Made by a program: the position numbers and the translations under genes. 64,000 nt of DNA, taken from assembly GCA_964411135.1 (NCBI GenBank), contig CAYPJS010000078.1, positions 111,495-175,494 of the forward strand, written 5' to 3'. Shown here piece by piece: positions 25,712 through 35,523 of the stretch. Source of the stretch: an uncultured Anaerolinea sp. (GTDB lineage: Bacteria; Chloroflexota; Anaerolineae; Anaerolineales; Anaerolineaceae). The notes under the pieces were generated by a model. That model ran no database searches and was not told the origin of the DNA. It saw only the letters and a program-made list of their open reading frames with translations. Numbering within the stretch: the stretch's first letter is position 1; each line of letters opens with the position of its first letter.

Positions 25712-27409
25712 TTAATCATCCGTACCGCTCGGCTTAATGTCAACGACCTTAAGCTGGAGTGATTCCCGCCCGTTATAGATATTTTTCTCAAAATAGTAAG
25801 CAAGGTCGACTTTAGGCGGCAGGCTGTCTACCATGTGACCAAAGCGAAAGGCAATCGCATCGAAATAAAGCTTGCCATCCGTCACGGTCATCTTCAAATG
25901 GGTTTTGTCTCCCACAGCTTTTGGCCGCACAATATTCAAATTCCGTGTACAAAAAACTGCCTCTTTGTTGTTTTGCCCGGTTGGTTGGAGCATTTCCAGA
26001 TAATCCAGCAATTCTGGGTGCATATCTTCAAGTTTTACCTCAAGGTCAATATTAACCACAGGCCGCAAATCTTTGTCCGCCAACTCGCGCCAGGCGATAT
26101 GTTTTAATCGCTCTTGCAGTTCCCCGAGATGTTCTTCCCTGACTGTAAAACCGGCAGCCAGGGCATGCCCTCCGTGGCGAACCATCAAATCCGCGCATTC
26201 ATCCAGTGCCTGGGTAATGTGGAATTCAGCGATGCTGCGGCAGGACGCCCGGATATCCCCATCCATCCATGTCCCAACGATTGCAGGGCGGTGATAACGT
26301 TCTGTCAGCCGAGCAGCCACCAGTCCAACCACACCGGAATTAAATCCCTTATCCAGTGCGAACAAAACAAATTCTTCTTCGCATTCCATCAACAGTTTTT
26401 CTGCCTGGGCTTGCATTTCCTTGGTCTGTTTTTGGCGCTCACGGTTTTGATCATCCAATACCTGAGCCAACTTTCCTGTCTCCATTACTTCCCGTGAAGC
26501 AAGAAGGTTGTATGCCGCAATAGCAGTATCCAGGCGGCCTGCGGCGTTCAAACGCGGGGCGAGCGTGAAACCCACGTCTCCAGCGTTTAATGTGCCAAGT
26601 TTTAAGCCTGCCGCATTTGCCAGTGAAAGCACCCCCTGACGCTGCCCCAACCGCAGCCTGTGTAAGCCTTTGCGCACCAATTGCCGATTCTCTCCGGTTA
26701 GGGGGACCATGTCTGCAATAGTACCTAACGCTACCAGGTCAAGCCACTCCTGGGCACTCTCCCCATTTCCGGTACGCCTGGCGAATAGAGCTTGCGCAAG
26801 CTTGTAGGCAACCCCCACTCCTGCCAGGTTTTTCTCCGGGTAGTTGTCGCCTTCCTGCTTGGGGCAAATAACCGCCTCGGCATCCGGAATTTCCTGAAGC
26901 GGATGGTGATGGTCGGTAATAATCAGGTTGACACCGAGCTGCCTGGCGCGTTCCGCTTCCCGGATTGAGCGTATTCCGCAGTCCACCGTGATGACCAGCT
27001 GCACGCCACTGGCTGCCAGGTGTTCAAGAGCTTCGGTATTTAGCCCGTAGCCTTCATCGAACCGGTTCGGGATATAAGGCTCCACCTGGGCATCGAAGCT
27101 GCGCAGTACCTCTATCAATAGAACAGTGGCGGTTACACCATCGGCATCAAAATCCCCATAGACAGCCATCCGCTCGTGTTTATCGATCGCATAAGATATG
27201 CGGTCTACCGCAGCAGCCATATCTGTCATCAGAAATGGATCGTTTAGTACACTCCGGCCTTCCATGTACCGCAACGCCTGTACCGCATCTTCTATCCCAC
27301 GGTTAACCAGGATTTGGCGCACAATCGGTGGATACATAGCCAGGGATTGGTCTGCTTTTTCTGAGATTCGATCCGCAATTATCCAACGTTTATTTGAAGG
27401 TGGCTGCAT
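25712..27409 (-). CDS. recJ: Single-stranded-DNA-specific exonuclease RecJ
   Basis: YGDFDADG, P.RFDEGYGL, ITVDCG, TDHH, ALGTIADMVPL.GENR, PRLNAAGR, GGHALAAG. Confidence 0.97.
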   Translation of the reverse strand: MQPPSNKRWIIADRISEKADQSLAMYPPIVRQILVNRGIEDAVQALRYMEGRSVLNDPFLMTDMAAAVDRISYAIDKHERMAVYGDFDADGVTATVLLIEVLRSFDAQVEPYIPNRFDEGYGLNTEALEHLAASGVQLVITVDCGIRSIREAERARQLGVNLIITDHHHPLQEIPDAEAVICPKQEGDNYPEKNLAGVGVAYKLAQALFARRTGNGESAQEWLDLVALGTIADMVPLTGENRQLVRKGLHRLRLGQRQGVLSLANAAGLKLGTLNAGDVGFTLAPRLNAAGRLDTAIAAYNLLASREVMETGKLAQVLDDQNRERQKQTKEMQAQAEKLLMECEEEFVLFALDKGFNSGVVGLVAARLTERYHRPAIVGTWMDGDIRASCRSIAEFHITQALDECADLMVRHGGHALAAGFTVREEHLGELQERLKHIAWRELADKDLRPVVNIDLEVKLEDMHPELLDYLEMLQPTGQNNKEAVFCTRNLNIVRPKAVGDKTHLKMTVTDGKLYFDAIAFRFGHMVDSLPPKVDLAYYFEKNIYNGRESLQLKVVDIKPSGTDD

Positions 27410-27530
27410 GAAATTTCCTGAAGGTTGATTGCGCTGAGGGTGCTTGATCGATCCATGACCAGCTCAACGTCGATCTAGTATAAGTCCTGAAAGCCTAATC
27501 GGGCAAGGAATATTCTGGAAACAGCCTTGT

Positions 27531-29381
27531 GTGGAAAAATCGGATTCTATGAATCCGGAGTTGTTCAGCTATAATTCTGAGGTTATGGATTTCCCCGCCA
27601 TCCTGACCTTAATCCTGACCGTTACAGCTGCAATCCTATTAATAACGGAATTGTTGCGCCCGGATATTGTGGCTCTTGCGCTTCTGGTAGTCCTTGGGAT
27701 TACCCGGGTGGTCGAACCAGAGCAAGTGTTTGCCGGGTTCAGCGGATCTGCCGTCATGACCCTGATCGGTATTTCGATGATCGGCGCGGCACTTCACAAA
27801 ACAGGTGTGACCTTACTTCTCAGCCGCTGGATGCAGCGCCTTGGGGGGAAAAACCATTCAACTCTAATCCTTGTTACCTTTCTTACCTCAGCCATCCTAT
27901 CCCTGTTTATGAATAACATTGCTGCTGTTGGAATCCTCCTTCCAGCAGTAATGACCCTGACACGGACATCTGGGGTTTCTCCTTCACGGCTGCTTTTACC
28001 TTTGGCATATGGGACCATCCTGGGGGGGATGGCGACTTTATTTACGACGTCGAACATTATCGTCAGCGGTGCCCTGCGTGAAGCGGGCTTTAAACCATTG
28101 GGGGTTCTTGAATTTTTTCCCATCGGTATTCCATTGGTTGCGGTTGGAGCCATTTATATGGTTACTGCCGGCAAACGCATGCTGCCGAATACACGCCCGG
28201 CAGGGAACCAGCAGGATACACAGCTCGCTTCCCGGCTGGCAGAGCTGTACAAGCTTAAAACCAACCTGTATGAAATCAAAGTACTGCCCACCTGTCCGTT
28301 GGTCGAGAAAACAATCAGCGCAGGGGATTGGCGAAAGAAGGTTGGGGTAAACGTTATCGGGTTAATCCGCAAAGGGCAACCCTATCTGGCGCCCAAACGT
28401 TCGGATGTCATTCGCGCTGGTGACACTTTAATTGTCCAGGGACAAATTGACCCGGAAGAGTTGGTGCTTCTGGGATTGGAACCTGTGACCATTGACAAAT
28501 CTTCCCCGAGTTTTGTGAATGAGGTGGTGAAAATTGCTGAGGTGGTCATACCCCCGCATTCAACCATAATTGGAAAAACCTTGCGCGACCTGGCGTTCCG
28601 CGAGAAGCATCATTTGACCGTAGTTGCCATCTGGCATGCTAATCAGCCTATTTATACAGGCCTGGCTGATGTGCCGATTCAGGCCGGAGATGCCCTGTTG
28701 GTCCAGGGTACCGCCCATCGTATCAGCCTGCTGCGGGCTGAAACCGACATGGCCTTGCTGGAGGAAGATCCTGATGCGGTGCTTGCTCCAGGAAAACTGT
28801 CTCTTGGGATCGGCATCACCCTTGTAACCCTGGTTGTTGCTGCCATTGGCACGTTCCCAGTACCTGAAACCATCCTTGGCGGCGCGATTCTCCTGGTCAT
28901 TACAGGCTGTATGAATATGACGGACGCCTATAAATCCATAGAATGGAAGGCTATCTTCCTGATTGCCGGCATGTGGCCCTTGAGCACAGCGCTGCGGGAG
29001 ACTGGGCTGGCAAGTCTTGGCGTCAATAGCCTGCTGGACATGCTTGGGAATAACGTCGCACCACTGTGGATTGCATTGAGTCTTATTTTGGTGGCGATGA
29101 TTTTCACGCAATTTATGAGCGGGCAGGTCGCCGCCCTGATTGTTGCTCCGCTTGCCCTGGCAGCGGCGGCCTCAGCCCAACTTGATTCACGCGCGCTTGG
29201 CATGGCAGTGGCGTTAGGATGTTCTCTGGCGTTTATGACACCCTACGGGCATCCGGTCAATATCATGGTTATGAGTTCTGGCGGATATCATTTCCGAACC
29301 TTTACACGGATCGGAATCCCGCTCACCATTCTATCGATACTGGTCATCCTGGCCGGTCTCGCAATCTTCTGGGGATTATGA
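27531..29381 (+). CDS. SLC13/CitMHS-family permease with two TrkA-C domains
   Basis: LRPDIVA, FAGFS, SLFMNN, LLLPLAYGTILGG..TLF.TSNII, two RCK-C-like repeats, FMTPYGHP.N; start may be 27549 or 27585. Confidence 0.92.
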   Translation: MEKSDSMNPELFSYNSEVMDFPAILTLILTVTAAILLITELLRPDIVALALLVVLGITRVVEPEQVFAGFSGSAVMTLIGISMIGAALHKTGVTLLLSRWMQRLGGKNHSTLILVTFLTSAILSLFMNNIAAVGILLPAVMTLTRTSGVSPSRLLLPLAYGTILGGMATLFTTSNIIVSGALREAGFKPLGVLEFFPIGIPLVAVGAIYMVTAGKRMLPNTRPAGNQQDTQLASRLAELYKLKTNLYEIKVLPTCPLVEKTISAGDWRKKVGVNVIGLIRKGQPYLAPKRSDVIRAGDTLIVQGQIDPEELVLLGLEPVTIDKSSPSFVNEVVKIAEVVIPPHSTIIGKTLRDLAFREKHHLTVVAIWHANQPIYTGLADVPIQAGDALLVQGTAHRISLLRAETDMALLEEDPDAVLAPGKLSLGIGITLVTLVVAAIGTFPVPETILGGAILLVITGCMNMTDAYKSIEWKAIFLIAGMWPLSTALRETGLASLGVNSLLDMLGNNVAPLWIALSLILVAMIFTQFMSGQVAALIVAPLALAAAASAQLDSRALGMAVALGCSLAFMTPYGHPVNIMVMSSGGYHFRTFTRIGIPLTILSILVILAGLAIFWGL

Positions 29382-30505
29382 GTCAACATAACTATTTTCA
29401 ATTTTCACGAATTGCGCAGAACAAGCGCGCCCGGGCAGGGATATTTTCCACACCCCACGGCGACCTGCAGACACCCGTCTTTGCGCCGGTTGGAACTCAG
29501 GCAACTGTAAAAGCTGTTTCCCCGGATCAACTGCGGGAAACCGGTGCTACCCTGGTATTATCCAATACCTACCACCTGTATCTTCGTCCCGGGTCTGACC
29601 TGGTTCGCGACCAGGGCGGTCTGCATACCTTCATGCAGTGGAACGGCCCCATGCTGACCGACTCAGGCGGTTTCCAGGTCTTTTCGCTGTCAGACATGCG
29701 TAAGATCGATGAAGACGGTGTGACCTTTAAGAGTCATATTGATGGTTCAATGCACCGCTTTACCCCAGAAAAATCGATTGAAATTCAGGAAAACTTGGGG
29801 GCAGACATCATCATGGCCTTTGACGAATGTGCTCCGCCTTACGATCAGGAGTACAACCAAAGGGCCATAAAACGTACGCATGCCTGGGCTGAACGCTGTT
29901 TAAAGGCACACCAGCGAAGCGATCAGGCCCTGTTCGGCATCGTTCAAGGCGGCGTGTTCCCGGATTTACGAGAGCAATCAGCAGCCCACATCGCATCCCT
30001 GGGATTTCCTGGACACGCGATCGGAGGACTTTCGGTCGGTGAGACCAAACCCGAAATGCACGCCATGATCGAGGTTGTGGATGCCATCCTCCCTGAGGAT
30101 AAACCACGCTATCTGATGGGAGTCGGGTCGCCGGAAGATTTAATTAATGGCATTTGGCGCGGTATCGATATTTTTGATTGTGTGCTCCCAACGCGCCTGG
30201 CACGCCACCAGGCTGCTATGACCCGCACAGGCCGGATCAATTTGATGAATGCAATCCATGCCCGGGATTCTGCACCGATCGATAAGAACTGTTCCTGTTA
30301 CACCTGCCGCCATTTTACTCGGGCTTACCTTCGACATTTGATTGTGGCCAAGGAAATCCTGGCATCCACGCTCATCTCCATTCATAATATCCAGACGCTG
30401 GTAACTCTGGTCCAGGAAGCCCGAGAATACATCCTGGCTGGCACTTATGACGAATTTGCCCGGGATTTTCTTGCTCATTACACTCCACAAGGGAAAAAAC
30501 CATGA
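29378..30505 (+). CDS. tgt: tRNA-guanine transglycosylase
   Basis: TPVFAPVGTQATVK, SNTYHL, TDSGGFQVFS, DIIMAFDEC, FGIVQGG, KPRYLMGVG, DIFDCVLPTR, C.CYTC; ATG 29378 overlaps the upstream stop. Confidence 0.97.
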   Translation: MSQHNYFQFSRIAQNKRARAGIFSTPHGDLQTPVFAPVGTQATVKAVSPDQLRETGATLVLSNTYHLYLRPGSDLVRDQGGLHTFMQWNGPMLTDSGGFQVFSLSDMRKIDEDGVTFKSHIDGSMHRFTPEKSIEIQENLGADIIMAFDECAPPYDQEYNQRAIKRTHAWAERCLKAHQRSDQALFGIVQGGVFPDLREQSAAHIASLGFPGHAIGGLSVGETKPEMHAMIEVVDAILPEDKPRYLMGVGSPEDLINGIWRGIDIFDCVLPTRLARHQAAMTRTGRINLMNAIHARDSAPIDKNCSCYTCRHFTRAYLRHLIVAKEILASTLISIHNIQTLVTLVQEAREYILAGTYDEFARDFLAHYTPQGKKP

Positions 30506-31320
30506 CCATTATCCAAGCAATCATTCTGGGAATAATCCAGGGCGTTACCGAGTTTCTACCCGTATCCAGCTCGGCACATCTTGTCATCGCTCCATATCTT
30601 TTCGGCTGGGACCTTCAGCCGGATATCGTTTTTCCTTTTGACATCCTGGTCCAAATTGGCACCCTGGTTGCGGTTATTGTTTACTTTTGGCGGGACCTTT
30701 GGCAAATCGTTACCGCAGTGGTCGATGGGCTGCGTAAACGAAAACCATTCGAGACTCAGCCTGCCAAACTCGGTTGGCTGCTGATCCTTGCCACGATACC
30801 AGCGGGTATTGCCGGATTATTCTTGAAGGACACCGTCGAAGCATTGTTTTCCGACCCGGCTGCAACTGCCGTCTTTCTAATTGGGACTGCCGTCTTGCTG
30901 GTGATCGCTGAAGTGGTCGGGAAGCGAAACCGCGAGATTGAATCCATGAATTGGAAAGATGCCCTTTGGATTGGCGCAGCTCAAATTCTTTCTCTCCTGC
31001 CAGGTATTTCCCGCTCGGGGTCAACCATGACGGGCGGAATGACCCGGAATCTGACCAGACCTGCTGCCGCGCGCTTTTCTTTCCTCATGTCCATCCCCAT
31101 AATGCTTGCCGCGGGGTTGGTAAGTGTACTGGACCTATTGGAACTACCAAATCTCAGCAGCGTGCTTCCTGCAGTCGCAGCCGGATTCATCGCAGCGGCA
31201 CTGGTCGGCTACTTTGCCATAAAATGGCTGCTCCACTTCCTGGGGAAACGGCCGCTTTATATCTTTTCAGCATATTGCGTGCTGCTCGCTGCCGTAACGT
31301 TGTTGGTTTATTATGTCTAA
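30502..31320 (+). CDS. uppP: Undecaprenyl-diphosphate phosphatase
   Basis: QGVTEFLPVSSSAH, PGISRSGST, AARFSFLMSIP. Confidence 0.96.
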   Translation: MTIIQAIILGIIQGVTEFLPVSSSAHLVIAPYLFGWDLQPDIVFPFDILVQIGTLVAVIVYFWRDLWQIVTAVVDGLRKRKPFETQPAKLGWLLILATIPAGIAGLFLKDTVEALFSDPAATAVFLIGTAVLLVIAEVVGKRNREIESMNWKDALWIGAAQILSLLPGISRSGSTMTGGMTRNLTRPAAARFSFLMSIPIMLAAGLVSVLDLLELPNLSSVLPAVAAGFIAAALVGYFAIKWLLHFLGKRPLYIFSAYCVLLAAVTLLVYYV

Positions 31321-32032
31321 ATGGTTATACTGGGTTGTTCTGGTTATGACCCTCGCTGGCTGCCAGGGTCAACCTGTCGAACCCACCACTCCAATAGAAT
31401 TAATGGATGTGGAGGTGGACCCGGCTCTGGCCTGGATAACCCCAGTCATGGCTAAATGTGCTTTGGAAACATCGGTCAATTTAAATGTCAAAGAAATCGA
31501 ACCAATTGACCAATCTTTTGATGGTGCCGACATTCTAATTCGCTGGACGACTTCAACGACTGAGGGTGGAGAAAGCTTCAATTTAGGGCAGGATCGGCTT
31601 GCCATCATCGTGCACCCTGAAAACCCGGTTTCCGAAATTTCCGAAACGCAATTGGTTGAAATCTATTCAGGATTGCTGCCAGACTGGTCAAACCTGGATG
31701 CTAACCACTCCGGATCGATCCATTCCTGGGTTTATCCAATTAATTCCGATCTGCAGGGTTTTTTCAGTCAGATTGTCCTGCCGCTTGAGGAGTTGACGAA
31801 CCTGAATTTTATTGCTCCAAACCCAGAGTCCTTGCTGGAAGCAGTCAGCCAGGACCCAACAGCCGTTGGATTCGTTCCATCTCGGTGGCTGAATCCATCG
31901 GTCAAAGAACTTCCGGTGAATGGACCTGGAAATGCAGGGTGGAGCCGGCCCATCCTGGCTGTCACCAAAACCTCTCCTGAAGGGAGTTTACGGGATTGGC
32001 TGCTGTGTATCCAGGACGTGGTTGGGCAGTAA
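31313..32032 (+). CDS. Lipoprotein with PstS-like substrate-binding (PBP) domain
   Basis: Lipobox LAGC; D.LAIIVHPENPV..IS..QL..IYSG...DW; VSQDPTAVGF. Confidence 0.8.
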   Translation: MSKWLYWVVLVMTLAGCQGQPVEPTTPIELMDVEVDPALAWITPVMAKCALETSVNLNVKEIEPIDQSFDGADILIRWTTSTTEGGESFNLGQDRLAIIVHPENPVSEISETQLVEIYSGLLPDWSNLDANHSGSIHSWVYPINSDLQGFFSQIVLPLEELTNLNFIAPNPESLLEAVSQDPTAVGFVPSRWLNPSVKELPVNGPGNAGWSRPILAVTKTSPEGSLRDWLLCIQDVVGQ

Positions 32033-32080
32033 ATCAGCCGGAGGGGTTATGTTACAATGATTCCACCTTGATTTCTGGAG

Positions 32081-32281
32081 GTGGATTTGCCTGTAAAACT
32101 AATCCTGCGCAAGCAGGAATACCTGGTTGAGGGAACAATAACGGTCAAGGAAGCCCTCAAACGGCTGAATTTATCAATTGAATCCCACCTTGTTGTCCGT
32201 GATGGGCATTTGTTAACGGAAAATGATTCCCTGCGAAACGGTGAAACAGTCAAGATCATCTCTGCCATTTCCGGGGGTTGA
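32081..32281 (+). CDS. Ubiquitin-like sulfur carrier (ThiS/MoaD/TtuB type)
   Basis: 66 aa ending ISAISGG; directly upstream of ttuA. Confidence 0.9.
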   Translation: MDLPVKLILRKQEYLVEGTITVKEALKRLNLSIESHLVVRDGHLLTENDSLRNGETVKIISAISGG

Positions 32282-32284
32282 CAG

Positions 32285-33229
32285 GTGACCACCATGGTTT
32301 GCAATACCTGTGGTGCGCGGGCAGTTATTCGTATGCGCCAGCACCGGTTATCCCTTTGCCAGGTGCATTATCTGGCCTGGATCGTCGATCAAACCCAACG
32401 TTTCATCAAGAAATATGAAATGTTATCTGTTGAGGACCGAATTCTGGTCGCGGTTTCCGGCGGCAAGGATTCGCTGGGATTGTGGGATGTATTATGGCGG
32501 CTTGGATACCAGACTGAAGGGCTATACCTGAATCTAGGCATTGATGGTGAAGATCATTATTCGGTAACATCTTTGGCGTACGCCACGGACTTCGCACAGG
32601 CTCGGCAGCTTAAACTCCATGTTGTGGAAGTGAAGCAGCTGCATGGTCAGACTGTGCCTGAGCTCGCCAGGATTACACCCCGCGGCCGGGGCAAACCCTG
32701 CTCGGTTTGCGGTATGGTCAAACGGCAAGGTATGAACCGTACTGCAGTCGAGTTGGGTTTTGATGTTCTGGCGACTGCCCATAACCTGGACGATGAGGCT
32801 GCCTTCCTTTACGGAAACGTTATGGACTGGAATATCCGCCAGATGCGGCGACAGGCTGTCGTTTTACCCGAAAAGGAGGGATTTGCCCGAAAGGTGAAAC
32901 CTTTTTTCCGTTTTACCGAGCGTGAAACGGCGGCTTATGCCTTGCTGCGCGGGATCGATTATATTGAAGAAGAATGCCCTTATGCCATTGGCACCAAGCA
33001 AATTGATTACAAAATTCTGCTTAATCAAATGGAAGAAGCCCAGCCCGGTTCCAAACTGCGCTTTGTTCTGGGTTTTTTACAAATGAGGGCGGAAGGGTAT
33101 TTTCCATCCGAGACTTATGAAGAGGACGGGCTTTTATTGCGGCCTTGCCCTGGGTGCGGACAGCAGACATCCAGTGAAGGCTTGTGCAGCTTGTGCCGAC
33201 TGATCGAACAGCCAAAAAAGGAAGCTTAA
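32285..33229 (+). CDS. ttuA: tRNA 2-thiolation enzyme, TtuA/Ncs6 type
   Basis: N-terminal CNTC...LC..H, PP-loop SGGKDS, CSVC, ATAHNLDDE, EECPY, C-terminal CPGC...CSLC. Confidence 0.88.
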   Translation: MTTMVCNTCGARAVIRMRQHRLSLCQVHYLAWIVDQTQRFIKKYEMLSVEDRILVAVSGGKDSLGLWDVLWRLGYQTEGLYLNLGIDGEDHYSVTSLAYATDFAQARQLKLHVVEVKQLHGQTVPELARITPRGRGKPCSVCGMVKRQGMNRTAVELGFDVLATAHNLDDEAAFLYGNVMDWNIRQMRRQAVVLPEKEGFARKVKPFFRFTERETAAYALLRGIDYIEEECPYAIGTKQIDYKILLNQMEEAQPGSKLRFVLGFLQMRAEGYFPSETYEEDGLLLRPCPGCGQQTSSEGLCSLCRLIEQPKKEA

Positions 33230-33232
33230 ATT

Positions 33233-33262
33233 AAGAGGAGCATTTCTGCAAATGCTCCTCTT
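33233..33262. terminator. Bidirectional intrinsic terminator between ttuA and glnA
   Basis: Perfect inverted repeat AAGAGGAGCATTT-CTGC-AAATGCTCCTCTT between convergent genes. Confidence 0.85.
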
Positions 33263-33282
33263 TCACAATTACCCTGCAATCC

Positions 33283-34620
33283 TCACGCTGTTTGCAGGAA
33301 GTTGCTGATTTCCCAATCTGTTACATGGATCCGATAGTCGTCCCATTCAGCACGTTTTGCCCTGAGGAAGGTTTCGAACAACGAAGCGGGGAATGCACTT
33401 TTCACTACTTCGTCCTTCTCAGCTTCATCCAGTGCCTCCTTGAGCGAGCCAGGGAGTTCTGAAACACCCAGTTCAATTCGCTCGTCGCGTGATAGTTCGT
33501 AAACATTGATGTTGTTCAATGGATTTGCCGGTTTCAGATCGCGGTCCAAACCATCCAGTGCGCAAGCCAGCATGGCGGTCAGCGCCATATAAGGGTTGCA
33601 GGATGGATCCGGGCAGCGCAGTTCTGCACGGACCGCTTTCTCCTGCCCGGGGGTGTATCGCGGGATGCGGATAAGCGCCGAGCGGTTTACCTGCGCCCAT
33701 CCGACATAAACCGGCGCTTCATACCCTGGAACAAGCCGCTTATAGGAATTGACGGTCGGTGCAACCATTGCGGACAAGCCGCGGGCATGATCAAGCTGGC
33801 CGGCAATAAAACCGTAAGCCAATTTCGATAGTTTGAATGGATCACTGTCATCAAAGAACAGGTTGTTGCCAGCTTTGTCAAAAATCGATTGATGGCAGTG
33901 CATCCCGGAACCATTGATCCCGTAAATGGGCTTGGGCATAAAGGAAGCAATCAGTCCATTCTGGGCAGCGATCGCCTTTACAGTGTATTTGAGGGTTTGG
34001 ACGTTGTCGGCTGCCCGCAGCGCGTCTGCAAAGCGGAAATCGATCTCGTGTTGACCCAAGGCTACCTCGTGATGCCCGACCTCGATTTCAAGCCCCATCT
34101 GGTCAAGAGCTTCCATGAGCTCGGTTCGCACTCGCACCGCCTCATCGTTGGGTGAAAAATCAAAATAGCCGCCAACATCGTGAGGTACCGGGTGGATGGA
34201 TTGTCCACCGTTCTGGCGGAAGAGGAAAAATTCCGGTTCTGGACCAATATTGTAGGTCCAGCCGCGATCCTTTAACTTTGCCAGCAGTCCTTTGAGGTTT
34301 CCGCGCGGGTCGCCGGGAAAAGGTGTCCCATCCGGCTGATAAATGTCGCAGAAAATACGGGCGCGGCGGAGCTCCGGAGGGGTCCACGGCAAAACCGCAT
34401 AGGTATCCACATCGAGCCGCAGATGCATATCGGACTCTTGTATACGGGCAAATCCCTCCACGGACGAGCCGTCGAACCATACCCCATTTTCGAGCGCGCC
34501 TTTTAGCTGTGAAACCGGCGCATCGACTGATTTCACAACCCCCATCACATCCACAAATTGATAGGAAACGAATTTGACGTTATCAGCTTTAACACGTTCC
34601 AAAATATCTTTTGTTTCCAT
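33283..34620 (-). CDS. glnA: Glutamine synthetase type I
   Basis: FDGSSVEGF, ESDM, GPEPEFFLF, HHEVA.GQHEI, FMPKP..G.NGSGMH.H, NSYKRLVPGYEAP, NRSALIRIP, ELR.PDP; ATG 34620 with GAGGG RBS. Confidence 0.97.
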   Translation of the reverse strand: METKDILERVKADNVKFVSYQFVDVMGVVKSVDAPVSQLKGALENGVWFDGSSVEGFARIQESDMHLRLDVDTYAVLPWTPPELRRARIFCDIYQPDGTPFPGDPRGNLKGLLAKLKDRGWTYNIGPEPEFFLFRQNGGQSIHPVPHDVGGYFDFSPNDEAVRVRTELMEALDQMGLEIEVGHHEVALGQHEIDFRFADALRAADNVQTLKYTVKAIAAQNGLIASFMPKPIYGINGSGMHCHQSIFDKAGNNLFFDDSDPFKLSKLAYGFIAGQLDHARGLSAMVAPTVNSYKRLVPGYEAPVYVGWAQVNRSALIRIPRYTPGQEKAVRAELRCPDPSCNPYMALTAMLACALDGLDRDLKPANPLNNINVYELSRDERIELGVSELPGSLKEALDEAEKDEVVKSAFPASLFETFLRAKRAEWDDYRIHVTDWEISNFLQTA

Positions 34621-34649
34621 GAGAACCCTCTTTTCGTACCTCATTAAAT

Positions 34650-34967
34650 AAAAAAGCATGCCCGGGCATGCCTTGATTTAATGATCCGATTTCAACATGG
34701 CAGCCCTTCCAACGAACACCAGAAACACTTAAAGCTGTGTTTCTGATCACTATGCAGGACTTGTGCATGACGTCGCCGTCAGTTTTCGTCCAAGCATTTC
34801 TCGGAAGGGAGAAGGGAGCCTGTGATCGGGCTCCGAAGGCATCCGCTGATCGATCGATTTTTCCCTGTATCAGGGTTAGCGCCCTCCTCGCGGAGGGGAA
34901 CCTTCACCTCGTTACCTCACCCATTGGATGAGGTTCAGCCGCTCTCTCACCATATTTAATTGTTAGA
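34650..34967 (-). promoter_or_regulatory. Structured glnA 5' leader ending in an intrinsic terminator (candidate attenuator/riboswitch)
   Basis: Hairpins at 34914-34934, 34882-34897 (GCGA tetraloop), 34863-34875, 34815-34834, 34720-34745; terminator GCAUGC-CCGG-GCAUGC-UUUUUU at 34650-34671. Confidence 0.6.
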
Positions 34968-34973
34968 TGCCCT

Positions 34974-35002
34974 ATGCTACCGAGTATCCAGGAAAATGTC
35001 AA
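34974..35002 (-). promoter_or_regulatory. Sigma70-type promoter of glnA
   Basis: TTGACA (34997-35002) - 17 nt - TAGCAT (34974-34979) on the minus strand. Confidence 0.75.
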
Positions 35003-35031
35003 TAGCTGCCATCAGAAAAACTCGCTGAGTT

Positions 35032-35361
35032 TTATTTTTTGGGAAGAGATAAAGCAAATTTGATCCCTTCTTCTACCCATTTTTTTAATTCGGTATCGTC
35101 CTGAAGACCTGCCGGCTCGACATACAGCCACCCTTTCATAGGCTTCCCGGTCAAATCAAACGGCCGTGTAAACGGCTGTTTCAGTGCCCGCTCATAGATT
35201 TCAACGCCTACCCGGACAATCAGATTATCCCCATATACACCGCATGCCATGTTCCCATTGACCAAATACCCAATCCCGCCAAACATCCTTTTCTCGGCGA
35301 AATGGATTGTTAATGGCAGGATTTTTAAGATTCGTTCCGCAAGTTTTAGGTCGTTTGCCAT
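35032..35361 (-). CDS. TfoX/Sxy N-terminal family protein
   Basis: EKRMFGGIGYLVNGNM, LIVRVG, PF..TGKPMKGW, W. Confidence 0.9.
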   Translation of the reverse strand: MANDLKLAERILKILPLTIHFAEKRMFGGIGYLVNGNMACGVYGDNLIVRVGVEIYERALKQPFTRPFDLTGKPMKGWLYVEPAGLQDDTELKKWVEEGIKFALSLPKK

Positions 35362-35523
35362 TTGTCCCCGATTTCTGGTAGGAACATTTACTTTTTTTCC
35401 TAGTCAACATAATCGTTTGGAAATTTCCAGTCCTATTACAGAGTCCAAAAATCAATAAGAGGCTGTTTTACAATCTGGAATTTAAACCAATGGGTCAACT
35501 TGATCTATTATTCGGAATAAAAA

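Noticed and set aside
34912-34953. 13-codon uORF (MVRERLNLIQWVR) in the glnA leader as attenuator peptide
   Set aside because: No RBS, no Gln/Glu codon run, and it stops about 240 nt before the terminator.
34650-34967. T-box or known glutamine riboswitch upstream of glnA
   Set aside because: No UGGNACC antiterminator bulge and no match to the glnA-motif consensus; kept as an unclassified leader instead.
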